Origin: Longimicrobiales bacterium
GTDB taxonomy: Bacteria > Gemmatimonadota > Gemmatimonadetes > Longimicrobiales > Gaopeijiaceae
Direction: 5' to 3'
Assembly: GCA_965204735.1 (NCBI GenBank)
Contig: OZ242008.1
Coordinates: 1,056,001-1,120,000, forward strand
Length of the DNA stretch: 64,000 nt
This document shows, piece after piece, positions 17,934 through 27,144 of this stretch; positions within the stretch are counted from its first letter, which is position 1, and each line of letters begins with the position of its first letter. The notes beneath the pieces were generated by a model that searched no databases, had not been told where the DNA came from, and saw nothing but the letters and a program-made list of their open reading frames with translations. Made by a program: the position numbers and the translations under genes.

Positions 17934-20035
17934 GATGCCTTCTCCCGGCGACTTCGGCGCCAGCTGTTCCACGTCATTGCGGCCGAAGTTGCCGCCTCTT
18001 CGCCGTCGCGTCCAGCCGACCGGGCAACCGCGCAGCCGGCCAGCACGGCAGCCTCCACCTCCCGAGCCGACGCGCCCGTCTCCAGCGCGCCCCGCAGGTG
18101 GGCTCGCAGCTGGGGACCGGCGCGCCAGGGCACAAGCATGGCCACGAGGCACAGCTCCCGGGTCGACAACGGCAGTCCGGGGCGGCTCATCAGAGCTCCG
18201 TAGCCGTAATCGACCACCAGCCCCGGCAACTCGGGGTGCAGTCCCGAAAGGTGGGCCATGAGGGCCTCGTAGCGCGGTCCGTACACGGCTCGGCACGCCG
18301 CTTCGCCCCTGCGGACCCTTGCCTCCGGGTCGCCGGCCTCGCCGCTGGAACCGTCCGACCCGCAACAACCGACGGCCTTGCCGGCGGCGTCCTCTTCGCC
18401 GTCGCCTTCGTCCGGGCCTCCCGTGTCCGCACGTCGCAGGTCCGCCCACGCGCGCAGCGCGGCCAGGCCCGCCGGAAACCCCGTGACGAAGCACGACATG
18501 AGGAGAAGTTCGTCCACCTCCGCCGGATCGCACCGGGAGGCGGCGACGGCCAGCGACTCGCCCACGAGCTCCGGGTCTCGCGTGCCCAGCGCGGCCGCCG
18601 TCGCCACCAACTGCCCGACCGCCTCGGTGCGGAAGCTCCGCGGCCAAGCCTGCGGCGCGCTCGCCCGCTCGCCCGGACCGGCCGCGGCCCGCGAGACGGC
18701 ATGAACACGCCCGGCGTCCGACGAAGTGGCCCCTTCGTCCCCGGTCCCGCGCTCGTCCGCCGGCCAGCCTTCGTCCCCTTCCAGCACCTCCGCCTGGTGC
18801 TCGCCAATCCGGGGCGGGAACCGGCGCAGGGCCGCCCTGGACCCGTCCCATCGCAGCGGAAGGGCAACGTCCACGTACTCGTCGATGCGAGGATGGCCGG
18901 TCCTTCTCAACATGCCAGTGGCGAGCGTCTGAGGGTCCGCGGCCGCGGCCGACACCGTGTGGATCGGCGCCGCGGGCACCCGGCGCTCCCTAAGCCGCGC
19001 CAACAGGGCGTCCGCCGACATGCGCCGGGTCCGCTCGGATATCGCCGCCGCGAGTCGATCCCGGTCGGCCACTCTCCCGGCGTTCTCGGCGTACTCGGGC
19101 CGCGCCGCCAAGTCGTCCACTCCCAGCGCCTTGCAGAGACGAACGAACACGCGGTCGTTGCCGCCCGCGATCATCACGGCGCCGCCGTCCCCGCACGGGA
19201 ACGCCTGGTACGGCGCGATCATGCCGATCCCCGTGCCCATCCGAGGGGGGTCTTCGCCCGTCGCCAGGCATCCGGTCATCTGGTAGGACACCAGCGCCAG
19301 GGCCGTGTCCAGGAGCGCGGCGGTCACGTGCCTGCCCTTCCCGGTCCGCTCCCGCTCCATCAGCGCGCCCATGACGCCGGCGGCGGCCCACACCCCGGTC
19401 CCCAGGTCCACCACCGAGCCCCCGACCCGCACCGGTCCGCCCTCCGGCTCGCCGGTCAGCGACATCAGACCCGAGCGGGCCTGGAAGAGGGGGTCGTACC
19501 CGGGATCGTTCCGCAGCGGCCCCGTCGGCCCGTGGGACGTCACGGACAGGTACACCACCGCCGGATTGGCCGCCCGCACGGTCCCGTACCCGATCCCCAG
19601 CCGCTCCGCCACGCCGCGCCTGTACGCTTCCACCACCACGTCGGCTTCGGCGGCGAGCCCCAGCGCCCGCCTGCGATGGCCGGGGCGCTTCAGGTCCAGG
19701 GCCACGGCCCGCTTGTTGCGGTTCGCGATCTGGAAGAGAGGACTCTCGCCCCCGACCCAGGGCGGCCCCCAGGCTCGAGCCGAGTCGCCCTCCGGCGGCT
19801 CCACCTTGATCACGTCGGCGCCCAGGTCCCCTAGAATCTGGGTTGCGTAGGGACCCGCCACGTTCTGGGAAAAGTCCAGCACGCGCACGCCCGCAAGGGG
19901 GGCGAAGGGGCCGGCGGGGACCCCGTCGGGCGACTTCTCCTCCGGCGCGCCGGGCAGCCGCTCGCCCGCTGCCGCCGGGGCGGTCTCCGCGTCCGGTTCC
20001 TTCGACGATTCGCGCTGCGGCCCCTCTGGCTGCAC
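17927..20035 (-). CDS. CaiB/BaiF family III CoA-transferase fused to a C-terminal carboxymuconolactone decarboxylase (CMD/AhpD-like) domain
   Basis: PLAGVRVLDFS...GDLGADVIKVEPPEGD, NRNKR, PGYD, VVDLGTG, PPRIGEH; then YGALMSRPGLPLSTRELCLVAML...QLRAHLRGALETGAS; start uncertain. Confidence 0.8.
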   Translation of the reverse strand: MQPEGPQRESSKEPDAETAPAAAGERLPGAPEEKSPDGVPAGPFAPLAGVRVLDFSQNVAGPYATQILGDLGADVIKVEPPEGDSARAWGPPWVGGESPLFQIANRNKRAVALDLKRPGHRRRALGLAAEADVVVEAYRRGVAERLGIGYGTVRAANPAVVYLSVTSHGPTGPLRNDPGYDPLFQARSGLMSLTGEPEGGPVRVGGSVVDLGTGVWAAAGVMGALMERERTGKGRHVTAALLDTALALVSYQMTGCLATGEDPPRMGTGIGMIAPYQAFPCGDGGAVMIAGGNDRVFVRLCKALGVDDLAARPEYAENAGRVADRDRLAAAISERTRRMSADALLARLRERRVPAAPIHTVSAAAADPQTLATGMLRRTGHPRIDEYVDVALPLRWDGSRAALRRFPPRIGEHQAEVLEGDEGWPADERGTGDEGATSSDAGRVHAVSRAAAGPGERASAPQAWPRSFRTEAVGQLVATAAALGTRDPELVGESLAVAASRCDPAEVDELLLMSCFVTGFPAGLAALRAWADLRRADTGGPDEGDGEEDAAGKAVGCCGSDGSSGEAGDPEARVRRGEAACRAVYGPRYEALMAHLSGLHPELPGLVVDYGYGALMSRPGLPLSTRELCLVAMLVPWRAGPQLRAHLRGALETGASAREVEAAVLAGCAVARSAGRDGEEAATSAAMTWNSWRRSRREKASC

Positions 20036-20146
20036 AGGACCCTCGACACTTGCTGGGGTGGAAATCGCGTAGCTTCTTTGGAAGCATCCGGGCACACGCC
20101 CGGCGCACGCGCCCAATGGAGACCGGCGACAGGGGACCAAGCCCCA

Positions 20147-21070
20147 ATGGATACGATCCGAATCCCGAACAGCGCAACCTACTCCCCGGTGGCCCTGGCC
20201 GACCTGATCTTCGCGGCCCCCCTGGCCTCTCGGCTGCTGCTGGGGGCGACGCTCCCCGGCCGGCTTGTCCAGGCCGCCGCCTTCGGCGCCTACGCCGGCA
20301 GCGCCCTCGGCGACTGGGCCAGCCGCAGGGGCATGCGGAAGATCGACTTCCTCGAGACGTACTCGGCGGACGTGCGCCACATGGAGGAGATGCCCGAGTC
20401 CCGGCGGATCGACGATGCGCGGCGCTTCTCCGAAGAGCTGATGGCGACCCCAGCCCCGACGGACGCCCGGAACCGAGCCGCTCTCGCCGCCGACGTGAAC
20501 GAGCGCCTGACCTCGTACATCGCCGGCGTCACCGGCCAACGGGTGGAGACCAGCAGCTCGGTGCGGGAGATGACGCTGGCCCGCCTCCTCATGCCCTTCG
20601 CCGTCGGAAGCTGCGACATCCTCTCCGGCGACGTGGCCGTCTTCCGGGACACGGGCGTCTTCGAGCCCCACGTGCTGGCCCACGAGTTCTGCCACCGCAA
20701 GGGGTACCTGAAGGAGCTGGAAGCCCAGGCGCTTGCCTACCTGGCCTTGTCCGGCTCCCGAGACCCTCGGCTCCGGCGCGCGGCCTTGGCGGAGCGGGTG
20801 TACCGCAACCTGCGGGTGCTGGACGGCGAGGACCCCGAACGCTACGGCCGGCTCCTGGACGAGACCGCCCTTGCGGGCAGCGTGCTGGAGGACTTCCGGC
20901 GGCTCCGTCCCCCGGACCGTCGCGAAGGCGTCGTCTCCAGCGCCATGCGCGAGATGTACGACGCCCGCATGAAGCTCACCGGCCAGAACGGCCTCTCGGA
21001 CTACGACCGCGGCTTCACCAACTTCCTGTACACGTACGAGAAGTCGGTCGCCCGGGGCTGCGCCGCGTGA
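20147..21070 (+). CDS. DUF3810-like putative zinc metallopeptidase
   Basis: HExxH-type motif LAHEFCHRKGYLKELEAQALAY. Confidence 0.65.
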   Translation: MDTIRIPNSATYSPVALADLIFAAPLASRLLLGATLPGRLVQAAAFGAYAGSALGDWASRRGMRKIDFLETYSADVRHMEEMPESRRIDDARRFSEELMATPAPTDARNRAALAADVNERLTSYIAGVTGQRVETSSSVREMTLARLLMPFAVGSCDILSGDVAVFRDTGVFEPHVLAHEFCHRKGYLKELEAQALAYLALSGSRDPRLRRAALAERVYRNLRVLDGEDPERYGRLLDETALAGSVLEDFRRLRPPDRREGVVSSAMREMYDARMKLTGQNGLSDYDRGFTNFLYTYEKSVARGCAA

Positions 21071-21651
21071 GCCGTCTCCTTGCCGTGCAGGGCAAGGCTG
21101 CCAGCGACCTTGCCTACATCCGCGACACCATGGACCGCTCCAGCCGGTTCACGGCCGTCTCGGGCTGGGGAGGCGTGGGGCAGGCGGCGGTGGCGTTCGC
21201 TGCCGCGCCGCTGGCCCGCGCCCAGCCGGACCCCGGCGGATGGCTCGCCGTCTGGCTGGCGGCGGCGGCGCTGGGCTTCGCGGTCGGGACCGCGTCGATC
21301 TTCCTCAAGTCCCGGAGCGCCGGGGAACCCCTTGCTCGCGGCGCCGGCCGTCGGTTCGCGCTGGGGCTGGGGCCGCCGGTCTTCGTCGGGGGACTGCTGA
21401 CCGTCGCCCTTCACTCGGCCGGCGCGACCGGCCTTCTGCCGGCGACGTGGCTGCTGGTGTTCGGCGCAGGCCTCGCCACCGCCGGAGCGTGGTCGGTTCC
21501 CACGATCCCGGTCATGGGCGTCGCCTTCCTGGCGACCGGCGCGGCGGCCGTCGTCGCCGGTCCAGCGTGGGGCGACCACTTCATGGCCCTGGGCTTCGGC
21601 GGCATCAACCTCGCCGGCGGCGTCTTCGTCGTCCGCAAGTACGGTGGCTGA
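21067..21651 (+). CDS. Conserved hypothetical multi-pass membrane protein
   Basis: DLAYIRDTMDRSSRFTAVSGWGG followed by about six hydrophobic segments; GTGA overlap with upstream gene. Confidence 0.75.
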   Translation: MSRLLAVQGKAASDLAYIRDTMDRSSRFTAVSGWGGVGQAAVAFAAAPLARAQPDPGGWLAVWLAAAALGFAVGTASIFLKSRSAGEPLARGAGRRFALGLGPPVFVGGLLTVALHSAGATGLLPATWLLVFGAGLATAGAWSVPTIPVMGVAFLATGAAAVVAGPAWGDHFMALGFGGINLAGGVFVVRKYGG

Positions 21652-22174
21652 AGGGAGCCGGGCCGTCGTGCCGCGTTCGCCGCCGCGTCAGCCGAAGGGA
21701 CTCGAAAGCACGAGGGGGAAGAAGGGGGCTCCGAAGCCCGGTTCGGCGGAGACGCCGGTGGAAGCGCGCCAGCCGCATCCGCCAACCCGGCGCCGCAAGC
21801 ATCCGGAGCCCGTTTCGGCGGGGACGCCGGTGGAAGCGCTGGTCCGGGGCGGTCGGGCGGCGAGCAGCCTGGACAACGTGATCCACCAACGGGTCCGGCT
21901 GGGGGTCGCAGCTGCGCTGGCGGCGGCGGAGCGCCTCGCCTTCACCGACCTGAAGCGCCTGCTGGACGTGACCGACGGCAACCTCTCGGTCCACCTGCGC
22001 AAGCTGGAGGACGCGGGCTACGTCTCGTGCGACAAGAGCTTCCGCCGCCGTAGGCCCGTGACGCGCTACCGCCTGACCCGCACCGGTCGCCGGGCGCTGG
22101 AGGAGTACCTCTCCCACATGGAGTCGCTCATCGGAGCCGCGCGCGCGCCTCGCGAGCCGCAAACGCGCACCTGA
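21644..22174 (+). CDS. Winged-helix transcriptional regulator (HTH_34/ArsR-like) with disordered N-terminal extension
   Basis: LDNVIHQRVRLG...FTDLKRLLDVTDGNLSVHLRKLEDAGYV...T.YRLT..GRRAL. Confidence 0.85.
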   Translation: MAEGSRAVVPRSPPRQPKGLESTRGKKGAPKPGSAETPVEARQPHPPTRRRKHPEPVSAGTPVEALVRGGRAASSLDNVIHQRVRLGVAAALAAAERLAFTDLKRLLDVTDGNLSVHLRKLEDAGYVSCDKSFRRRRPVTRYRLTRTGRRALEEYLSHMESLIGAARAPREPQTRT

Positions 22175-22295
22175 CGGGCCTCAGCCCGGCCGAGCGGCGG
22201 CCCCTTGCGTCCTCTGGCGGGGGGGGGCATCTTGACGGGGATGCAAGGACGCCGCCATGAAGAATCGCATCTAGAGGCTTGTCGGGAGGGTGTTC

Positions 22296-23510
22296 ATGTC
22301 CGCCAATCGCACCGAGTTGCCGCTTCCCGCGACCGTGGTCGTGCTGCTGCCCTGCCTGCTGGCAGCTGCCTGTGGTCCCACTTCCGACGCCGGCGGTGCA
22401 GCCGGGAGCCACGGTTCGCAAGCATGACCGGAAGCCGCACTCCGGCTGGCGGAAGAGCCCGCGCTGCTGATCGGCGTGCAGGAAGGTCCGGACGAGTACA
22501 TTCTGCACAACATCGACGGAGCGGCTGCTCTGACCGACGGGAGCGTGGCCGCAGCCGTCACTGGATCGCATGAGATTCGCAAGTACGACTCGCAGGGGAG
22601 GCACCTGTGGAGCCGGGGGCGGTACGGCGAGGGACCGGGGGAGTACCAAGGCGTCATGCTGCTGCGCGGGTGCACCAGCGACGAGTCCATAGTCGCATAC
22701 GACATCTACAATCGCCGGGTCACCAAGCTCGACGAGCGCGGGGACCTGATCGCCGACTTCCCTCTTGAGTTCGAAGGGGGACGGCCCTACGTGCTGGAAT
22801 GCTCTCCGAGCGGGCGGTTCGTCTTCTCCGCGTGGGGCGAGCTGCGGGCCGAGAGCCCTGGACCACACCGCTGGGAGGTTCCCGTCGCGTTCACCGACAG
22901 CGCCGAGTCCGACATCGTGTTGCTCCGCGACAACGTTCCCGGCCAAGACCGGGTTCAGTACTTCGAGGACGACCAGATGACGACCAACGGGCCGCGGGTG
23001 TGGGCCCGGCGCATCGTCTTGGGCGCGACCGACTCGGGGGCGTGGCTGGGCACGGGAGACGACTACGAGCTCGAGTTCCTCGGATGGGACGGCGCCACGT
23101 TGCGGCGGCTCCGATGGGAGGGACCGGAGCTGGACGTGACCGCGGGGGACGTAGACCGGCGTCGTGAGAGTCTGCGCACCCAGTACAGCGCTCGCGACGA
23201 TCCGAACTGGAGGCCCGCCTTCCAGCGCCGGTGGGACAGCGAGAAGGAACTGCTGCCGTCGGTCTTCCCGGCGTACTCGAGGGCTCTGGTGCCCAGGGGC
23301 GGCGGTGTTTGGGTGGAGGACTTTCGGCGGCCGGGACAGGCAGAGCGCGAATGGCTCCTCTTCGACGCCGACGGAGCATGGACGGCCACTTTGTCGGTGC
23401 CCGCGCGAACAGTCGTCCTGGACGCAGGCGTCGACTGGGCGCTGGTGCGGGAAACGGACGACGTAGGGGTACAGCGGATCGCCAAGTACGGGCTGGTCGC
23501 CTCGTCCTGA
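22296..23510 (+). pseudogene. 6-bladed beta-propeller lipoprotein interrupted by in-frame TGA at 22425-22427
   Basis: ATG 22296 with GGAGGG RBS, lipobox LLAAAC, TGA at codon 44, same frame continues into the 22476 ORF (GRYGEGPGEY propeller motif). Confidence 0.7.
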
Positions 23511-25667
23511 CTAGAGGTACGGGCGCAGCCAGGGGGCGACGGAGACCACCAGCTCGAAGCGACCCCGCGGGAGCCCCCATGCTCCGTCTACGCGCACGAT
23601 CTCGTGAAGCGTGGCGAGCCCTACTCCCGCGTAGCCCAGCAAGCCGCCGGTGGCAGCGACGCTCCCCTTCCGGCCGGCAGCCTCCGCAGCGTTCCCTGTC
23701 GCCCCGGCGCCCGCCAGCGCTCGCACCGCCAGCCATCCCGTCACCAAGCTCGCGGACGCCTCCGCTTGCGCCAAGAGCAGCGCCCGACCGCCGTACTCGC
23801 GGAAGCGGTGGCCCGGCAGCGTTCCCCGTCCCCCGACGAAGAAGAGACGCTGACGCGGCACGGCCCCCCAGGACCGGCCCGCCTCCAACCACGCCGAAGC
23901 CCGCCGGGAATAGTCCCCGGCCGCAACGTGCCCCACCAGGCGAGCGGCCAGCGTCGCCGTTCCGCTCCCCTCCCAGCGTCCGGCAGTCCCATTCGCCGCC
24001 AGCTGGACGCCCCACGCCCCGGACCCGCCCCACTTGCGCGACCAGCCTGCCTCGATCCCCGCAAGCACTCCGTCGTCGGCCCGCCGAAGCGGCCTTGGCG
24101 GCGGCGTCCGCCGACCGTCCAGGTCCCCGTCGCCCGCCGCCGGATGCTCCCGTCGGTCGGGCCACTCCCGCTCGAACCAGCTCTCGGCCGCGCCCGCGTG
24201 CCGCTCGCCGAACCCGGCGACCCAGGCCGTGCCGCCGTCGCTCCACCGCCGCGCCACCGTGGCCCGCGCGCCCGACGCGAAGTAGGGATCGGAGTAGTCC
24301 CACTGCCGCGCCAGGGCCGCCACGGTGTTGACCACGCCCGCCGCGACGGGCCGGTGACCGGCGTCGCGCAGCTGCCGCCCGAACGCCTCCACGGTCGCCG
24401 AGACCCGACCTTCGGCCAGCCGGCCGCTTGCCGCTCGCCCCCCGCCGAAGTCCCATCGGCCCCGAACCGTGCCGCTCCCCTTTCGGCTCCACGTTCCGTA
24501 GCCCCCCATCGCCTCGAGCCGAACGTCGGCGGAGGACCAGTAGGACGCCCCGATCCCCATGCGCACGCCCTCCGCGGCGTTGACCCGCACCACTGACGAC
24601 GCCCCGTCGGCGTACAGCCGAAGCCGCGGCAGCCCGCTCGCCGCCAGCGCCCGCGCACTCGCCCGCGCCTCGGCCTCCACTTCCGCCAGGCCGATCGGCG
24701 ACAACCCTTCCTCCGCCATTCGATCCGCGAGTCCGCCACTGAAGACTGCGGAGTCCGCCGCGCCGTAGGGCAGGCGCACCACCGAGGCGCCACGGAAGAA
24801 GTCGTCCTCGAGCTCCGGCTCGAAGTCGTACCCGGTCACTTCCAGCTTCGCCCGGATCACCGAGCCCACGGGCAGGTCCAGCTCCGGCGTCTCTCGCCTT
24901 ACCTCCACGGTCTGGCGGTAGGGCAGCCAGAACGCCTCCTCCCACAGGGCGTGCTCCAGCCTCACCGTCACCCGGTCGGTGCGCGGGTCCACGTAGGACG
25001 CCGGCGTGAAGGTGAAGTCCATCCGCACCAGCCCCCCGGCGTCCGCCTCCAGGAAGACGCTGCCGACGAAGCCGGGCAGGTCCGCCTCCTTCGGGCGCAC
25101 TTCCACCTCGTAGACCCTCACCGGGGAAGGCAGAGTCGGAACCTGGAGCCTCAGCGAGTCCACGATCCGGTAGTCGTATCGCACCGTCGCGCCCGAGCCC
25201 AGCGGGTGGGGCACGCCCCTCACGTCTCGTCCCTGGCCGACGACGATCTGGTCGCCGAAGCCGTTCTGCACGACGGTCAGGCGGTCGATGTAGTAGTCGA
25301 AGTCCCGCACCGGCAGGAACTCCCTGCGGCGCAAGCCGCGCATCACCTGCCGCGTCCGGCCCGTCTCGCTCCGGTACAGGTCCAGCGCCACTTGGTCCAC
25401 CCGCAAGGGCGCCGGAGCGCCGCCGTCTTCCCGGTCGAGGTAGAAGTAGACGTGCCCGTCCGCCGTTGCGCGGTACGGCGCTCCGAAGTGCGCCGTCAGC
25501 CGGGCCGCCTGGGCCGCCCGAACCAGCCGAAGCGCCGCAAGCGAGTCCGAGCCGGCGAGGCCGCTGGTCTGGCCCAGGACCGCCCCGGGCGAAGCGACGA
25601 GCGCTCCGCCGACCAGAAGAACGCCGACGAGCGCAAGGCCGCCGCCGAGGACGGCAGCAAGCCTCAG
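23511..25667 (-). CDS. Exported hypothetical protein, probable outer-membrane beta-barrel C-terminus
   Basis: Signal-like LRLAAVLGGGLALVGVLL...; alternating aromatic strands near the C-terminus; start probably CTG overlapping the rpmB stop. Confidence 0.65.
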   Translation of the reverse strand: MRLAAVLGGGLALVGVLLVGGALVASPGAVLGQTSGLAGSDSLAALRLVRAAQAARLTAHFGAPYRATADGHVYFYLDREDGGAPAPLRVDQVALDLYRSETGRTRQVMRGLRRREFLPVRDFDYYIDRLTVVQNGFGDQIVVGQGRDVRGVPHPLGSGATVRYDYRIVDSLRLQVPTLPSPVRVYEVEVRPKEADLPGFVGSVFLEADAGGLVRMDFTFTPASYVDPRTDRVTVRLEHALWEEAFWLPYRQTVEVRRETPELDLPVGSVIRAKLEVTGYDFEPELEDDFFRGASVVRLPYGAADSAVFSGGLADRMAEEGLSPIGLAEVEAEARASARALAASGLPRLRLYADGASSVVRVNAAEGVRMGIGASYWSSADVRLEAMGGYGTWSRKGSGTVRGRWDFGGGRAASGRLAEGRVSATVEAFGRQLRDAGHRPVAAGVVNTVAALARQWDYSDPYFASGARATVARRWSDGGTAWVAGFGERHAGAAESWFEREWPDRREHPAAGDGDLDGRRTPPPRPLRRADDGVLAGIEAGWSRKWGGSGAWGVQLAANGTAGRWEGSGTATLAARLVGHVAAGDYSRRASAWLEAGRSWGAVPRQRLFFVGGRGTLPGHRFREYGGRALLLAQAEASASLVTGWLAVRALAGAGATGNAAEAAGRKGSVAATGGLLGYAGVGLATLHEIVRVDGAWGLPRGRFELVVSVAPWLRPYL

Positions 25668-25903
25668 GTAATGTCCTGGAGCGTCAGCCCGTTCTTCCGC
25701 AGGAACCGATGCAGGCCCAGCTTGTCGATCGACCGGAGCGCCGAAGTCGACACCTTGATCCGGATCCACTTGCCCGCCTCGGGGTCGAATATCCGCTTCT
25801 TCTGAAGGTTCGGCAGCTGCCGCTTCTTCGTCTTGTTGTGGGCGTGAGAGACGTTGCAGCCCGTCAGGGGACGCTTTCCCGTGATCTCGCACCTGCGGGA
25901 CAT
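25664..25903 (-). CDS. rpmB: 50S ribosomal protein L28 (no CxxC pairs)
   Basis: MSRRCEITGKRP..GCNVSHAHNKTKKRQLPNLQ. Confidence 0.96.
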   Translation of the reverse strand: MSRRCEITGKRPLTGCNVSHAHNKTKKRQLPNLQKKRIFDPEAGKWIRIKVSTSALRSIDKLGLHRFLRKNGLTLQDIT

Positions 25904-26074
25904 CTACTTCTCTTCCTTGAAGAGGACGTGGCGGCGGACAACGGGATCGTACCGCTTCAGCTGGAGCCGCTGCGGGTTGTTGCGCCGGTTCTTCGTGGTG
26001 GTGAAGCGGTACGGACTCTCCGAGCTGGACATCTTGATCGTGACTCGAGGGCCCTTTCCGGACTTCTTCGCCAT
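25904..26074 (-). CDS. rpmG: 50S ribosomal protein L33, Cys-free type
   Basis: [18 protein letters not shown]...[38 protein letters not shown]. Confidence 0.96.
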   Translation of the reverse strand: MAKKSGKGPRVTIKMSSSESPYRFTTTKNRRNNPQRLQLKRYDPVVRRHVLFKEEK

Positions 26075-26169
26075 GCTTTCCTCCCTGCCGGCCCCACGGG
26101 GGTCCTCTTCCGGCGGTCCGTGGGGCAGAGACCGACCGACTCGCAACGACAGCCCAACAAGATAGCGAG

Positions 26170-26199
26170 TTGACCCGCCAAGTCCAGCGGGATTAGTCT
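26170..26199 (+). promoter_or_regulatory. Putative sigma70 promoter for rpmE2
   Basis: TTGACC-18 bp-TAGTCT; a TATCTT -10-like element on the opposite strand (~26159-26164) may serve rpmG. Confidence 0.45.
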
Positions 26200-26262
26200 T
26201 CACGTTTCGCCTGCGACCAATGCCCGCGCGAACGAAGAGGCGCGGCCCCAGGAAGCCCGACC

Positions 26263-26511
26263 GTGAAGAAAGACATCCATCCCAGCTACCGACCCGTCGT
26301 CTTTCGGGACGTCTCGACGGGCTACGCCTTCCTTTCCCGGTCCACGGTGCGCACCGACCGGAAGACCAAGTGGGAGGACGGCAAGGAGTACCCCCTCGTC
26401 ACCTTGGAGATCTCCTCGTCGTCCCATCCCTTCTACACTGGAACGCAGCGCCTCCTCGACACCGCAGGCCGGGTCGAGCGCTTCAACAAGCGGTACGCCG
26501 GAGAGAAGTAG
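26263..26511 (+). CDS. rpmE2: 50S ribosomal protein L31 type B (zinc-independent)
   Basis: [16 protein letters not shown]...[12 protein letters not shown]...[10 protein letters not shown]; 82 aa, no Cys. Confidence 0.96.
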   Translation: MKKDIHPSYRPVVFRDVSTGYAFLSRSTVRTDRKTKWEDGKEYPLVTLEISSSSHPFYTGTQRLLDTAGRVERFNKRYAGEK

Positions 26512-26514
26512 AGC

Positions 26515-27144
26515 GTGGCGGCCGGTCCTCTGGTCGACCACCTCGTCTTCGCCGTCCCCGACGTCTCGGCGGGCGTGGCGGAGATGGAGGCGCGGCTGGG
26601 GGTCTCCTTCTCGCCCGGCGGCAGCCACCCCGGCGCGGGAACCCGCAACGCCTTGCTGCGACTCGGCGACGGCGTCTACCTGGAAGTGGTGGGACCCGAC
26701 CCGGAGCAGCCGGCGCCTCCCGACGGGCTCTGGCTTGCCGACGGCGGCCCCGCCTTGCCGGCCCTGGTCACCTGGGCCTCCCGCTCCAGCGACCTGGGCG
26801 CCCTGACCCAGGGACCCGGGGGCCACCTGCTGGGTCCGGTTCGCTCCATGTCCCGCCAGAACGAAGACGGCAGCGTCCTCTCCTGGACCTTGACGATGCC
26901 GGTGCGACCTCTCCCAAGAGGCGGCGTCGTGCCCTTCTTCATCGACTGGGGCGAGTCCGTCCATCCTTCGGCGGCTCTTCCGCACACGGGGCTCCGGCTG
27001 GCCGGGCTCCGCGGCCGACACCCGGCGCCGGGCGCGGTGACCGACGAGCTGGCGGCCCTGGGCGTCGAGATGCGCATCGACCCGGGCGAGCCGGGAATCG
27101 AGGCAGCCTTGGAGCGCGCGGACGGCACGCGGATCGTGCTTTAG
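26515..27144 (+). CDS. VOC / glyoxalase-like domain protein
   Basis: VDHLVFAVPD, GGSHPGAGTRNALL, YLEVVGPDP, PFFIDWG..HPS. Confidence 0.85.
   Translation: MAAGPLVDHLVFAVPDVSAGVAEMEARLGVSFSPGGSHPGAGTRNALLRLGDGVYLEVVGPDPEQPAPPDGLWLADGGPALPALVTWASRSSDLGALTQGPGGHLLGPVRSMSRQNEDGSVLSWTLTMPVRPLPRGGVVPFFIDWGESVHPSAALPHTGLRLAGLRGRHPAPGAVTDELAALGVEMRIDPGEPGIEAALERADGTRIVL

Noticed and set aside
22425..22445. Selenocysteine recoding of the in-frame TGA
   Set aside because: The position is in a low-complexity linker with no redox-motif context, and the small hairpin does not match bacterial SECIS geometry
26075..26262. Zur box between rpmG and rpmE2
   Set aside because: No convincing AT-rich palindrome visible by eye
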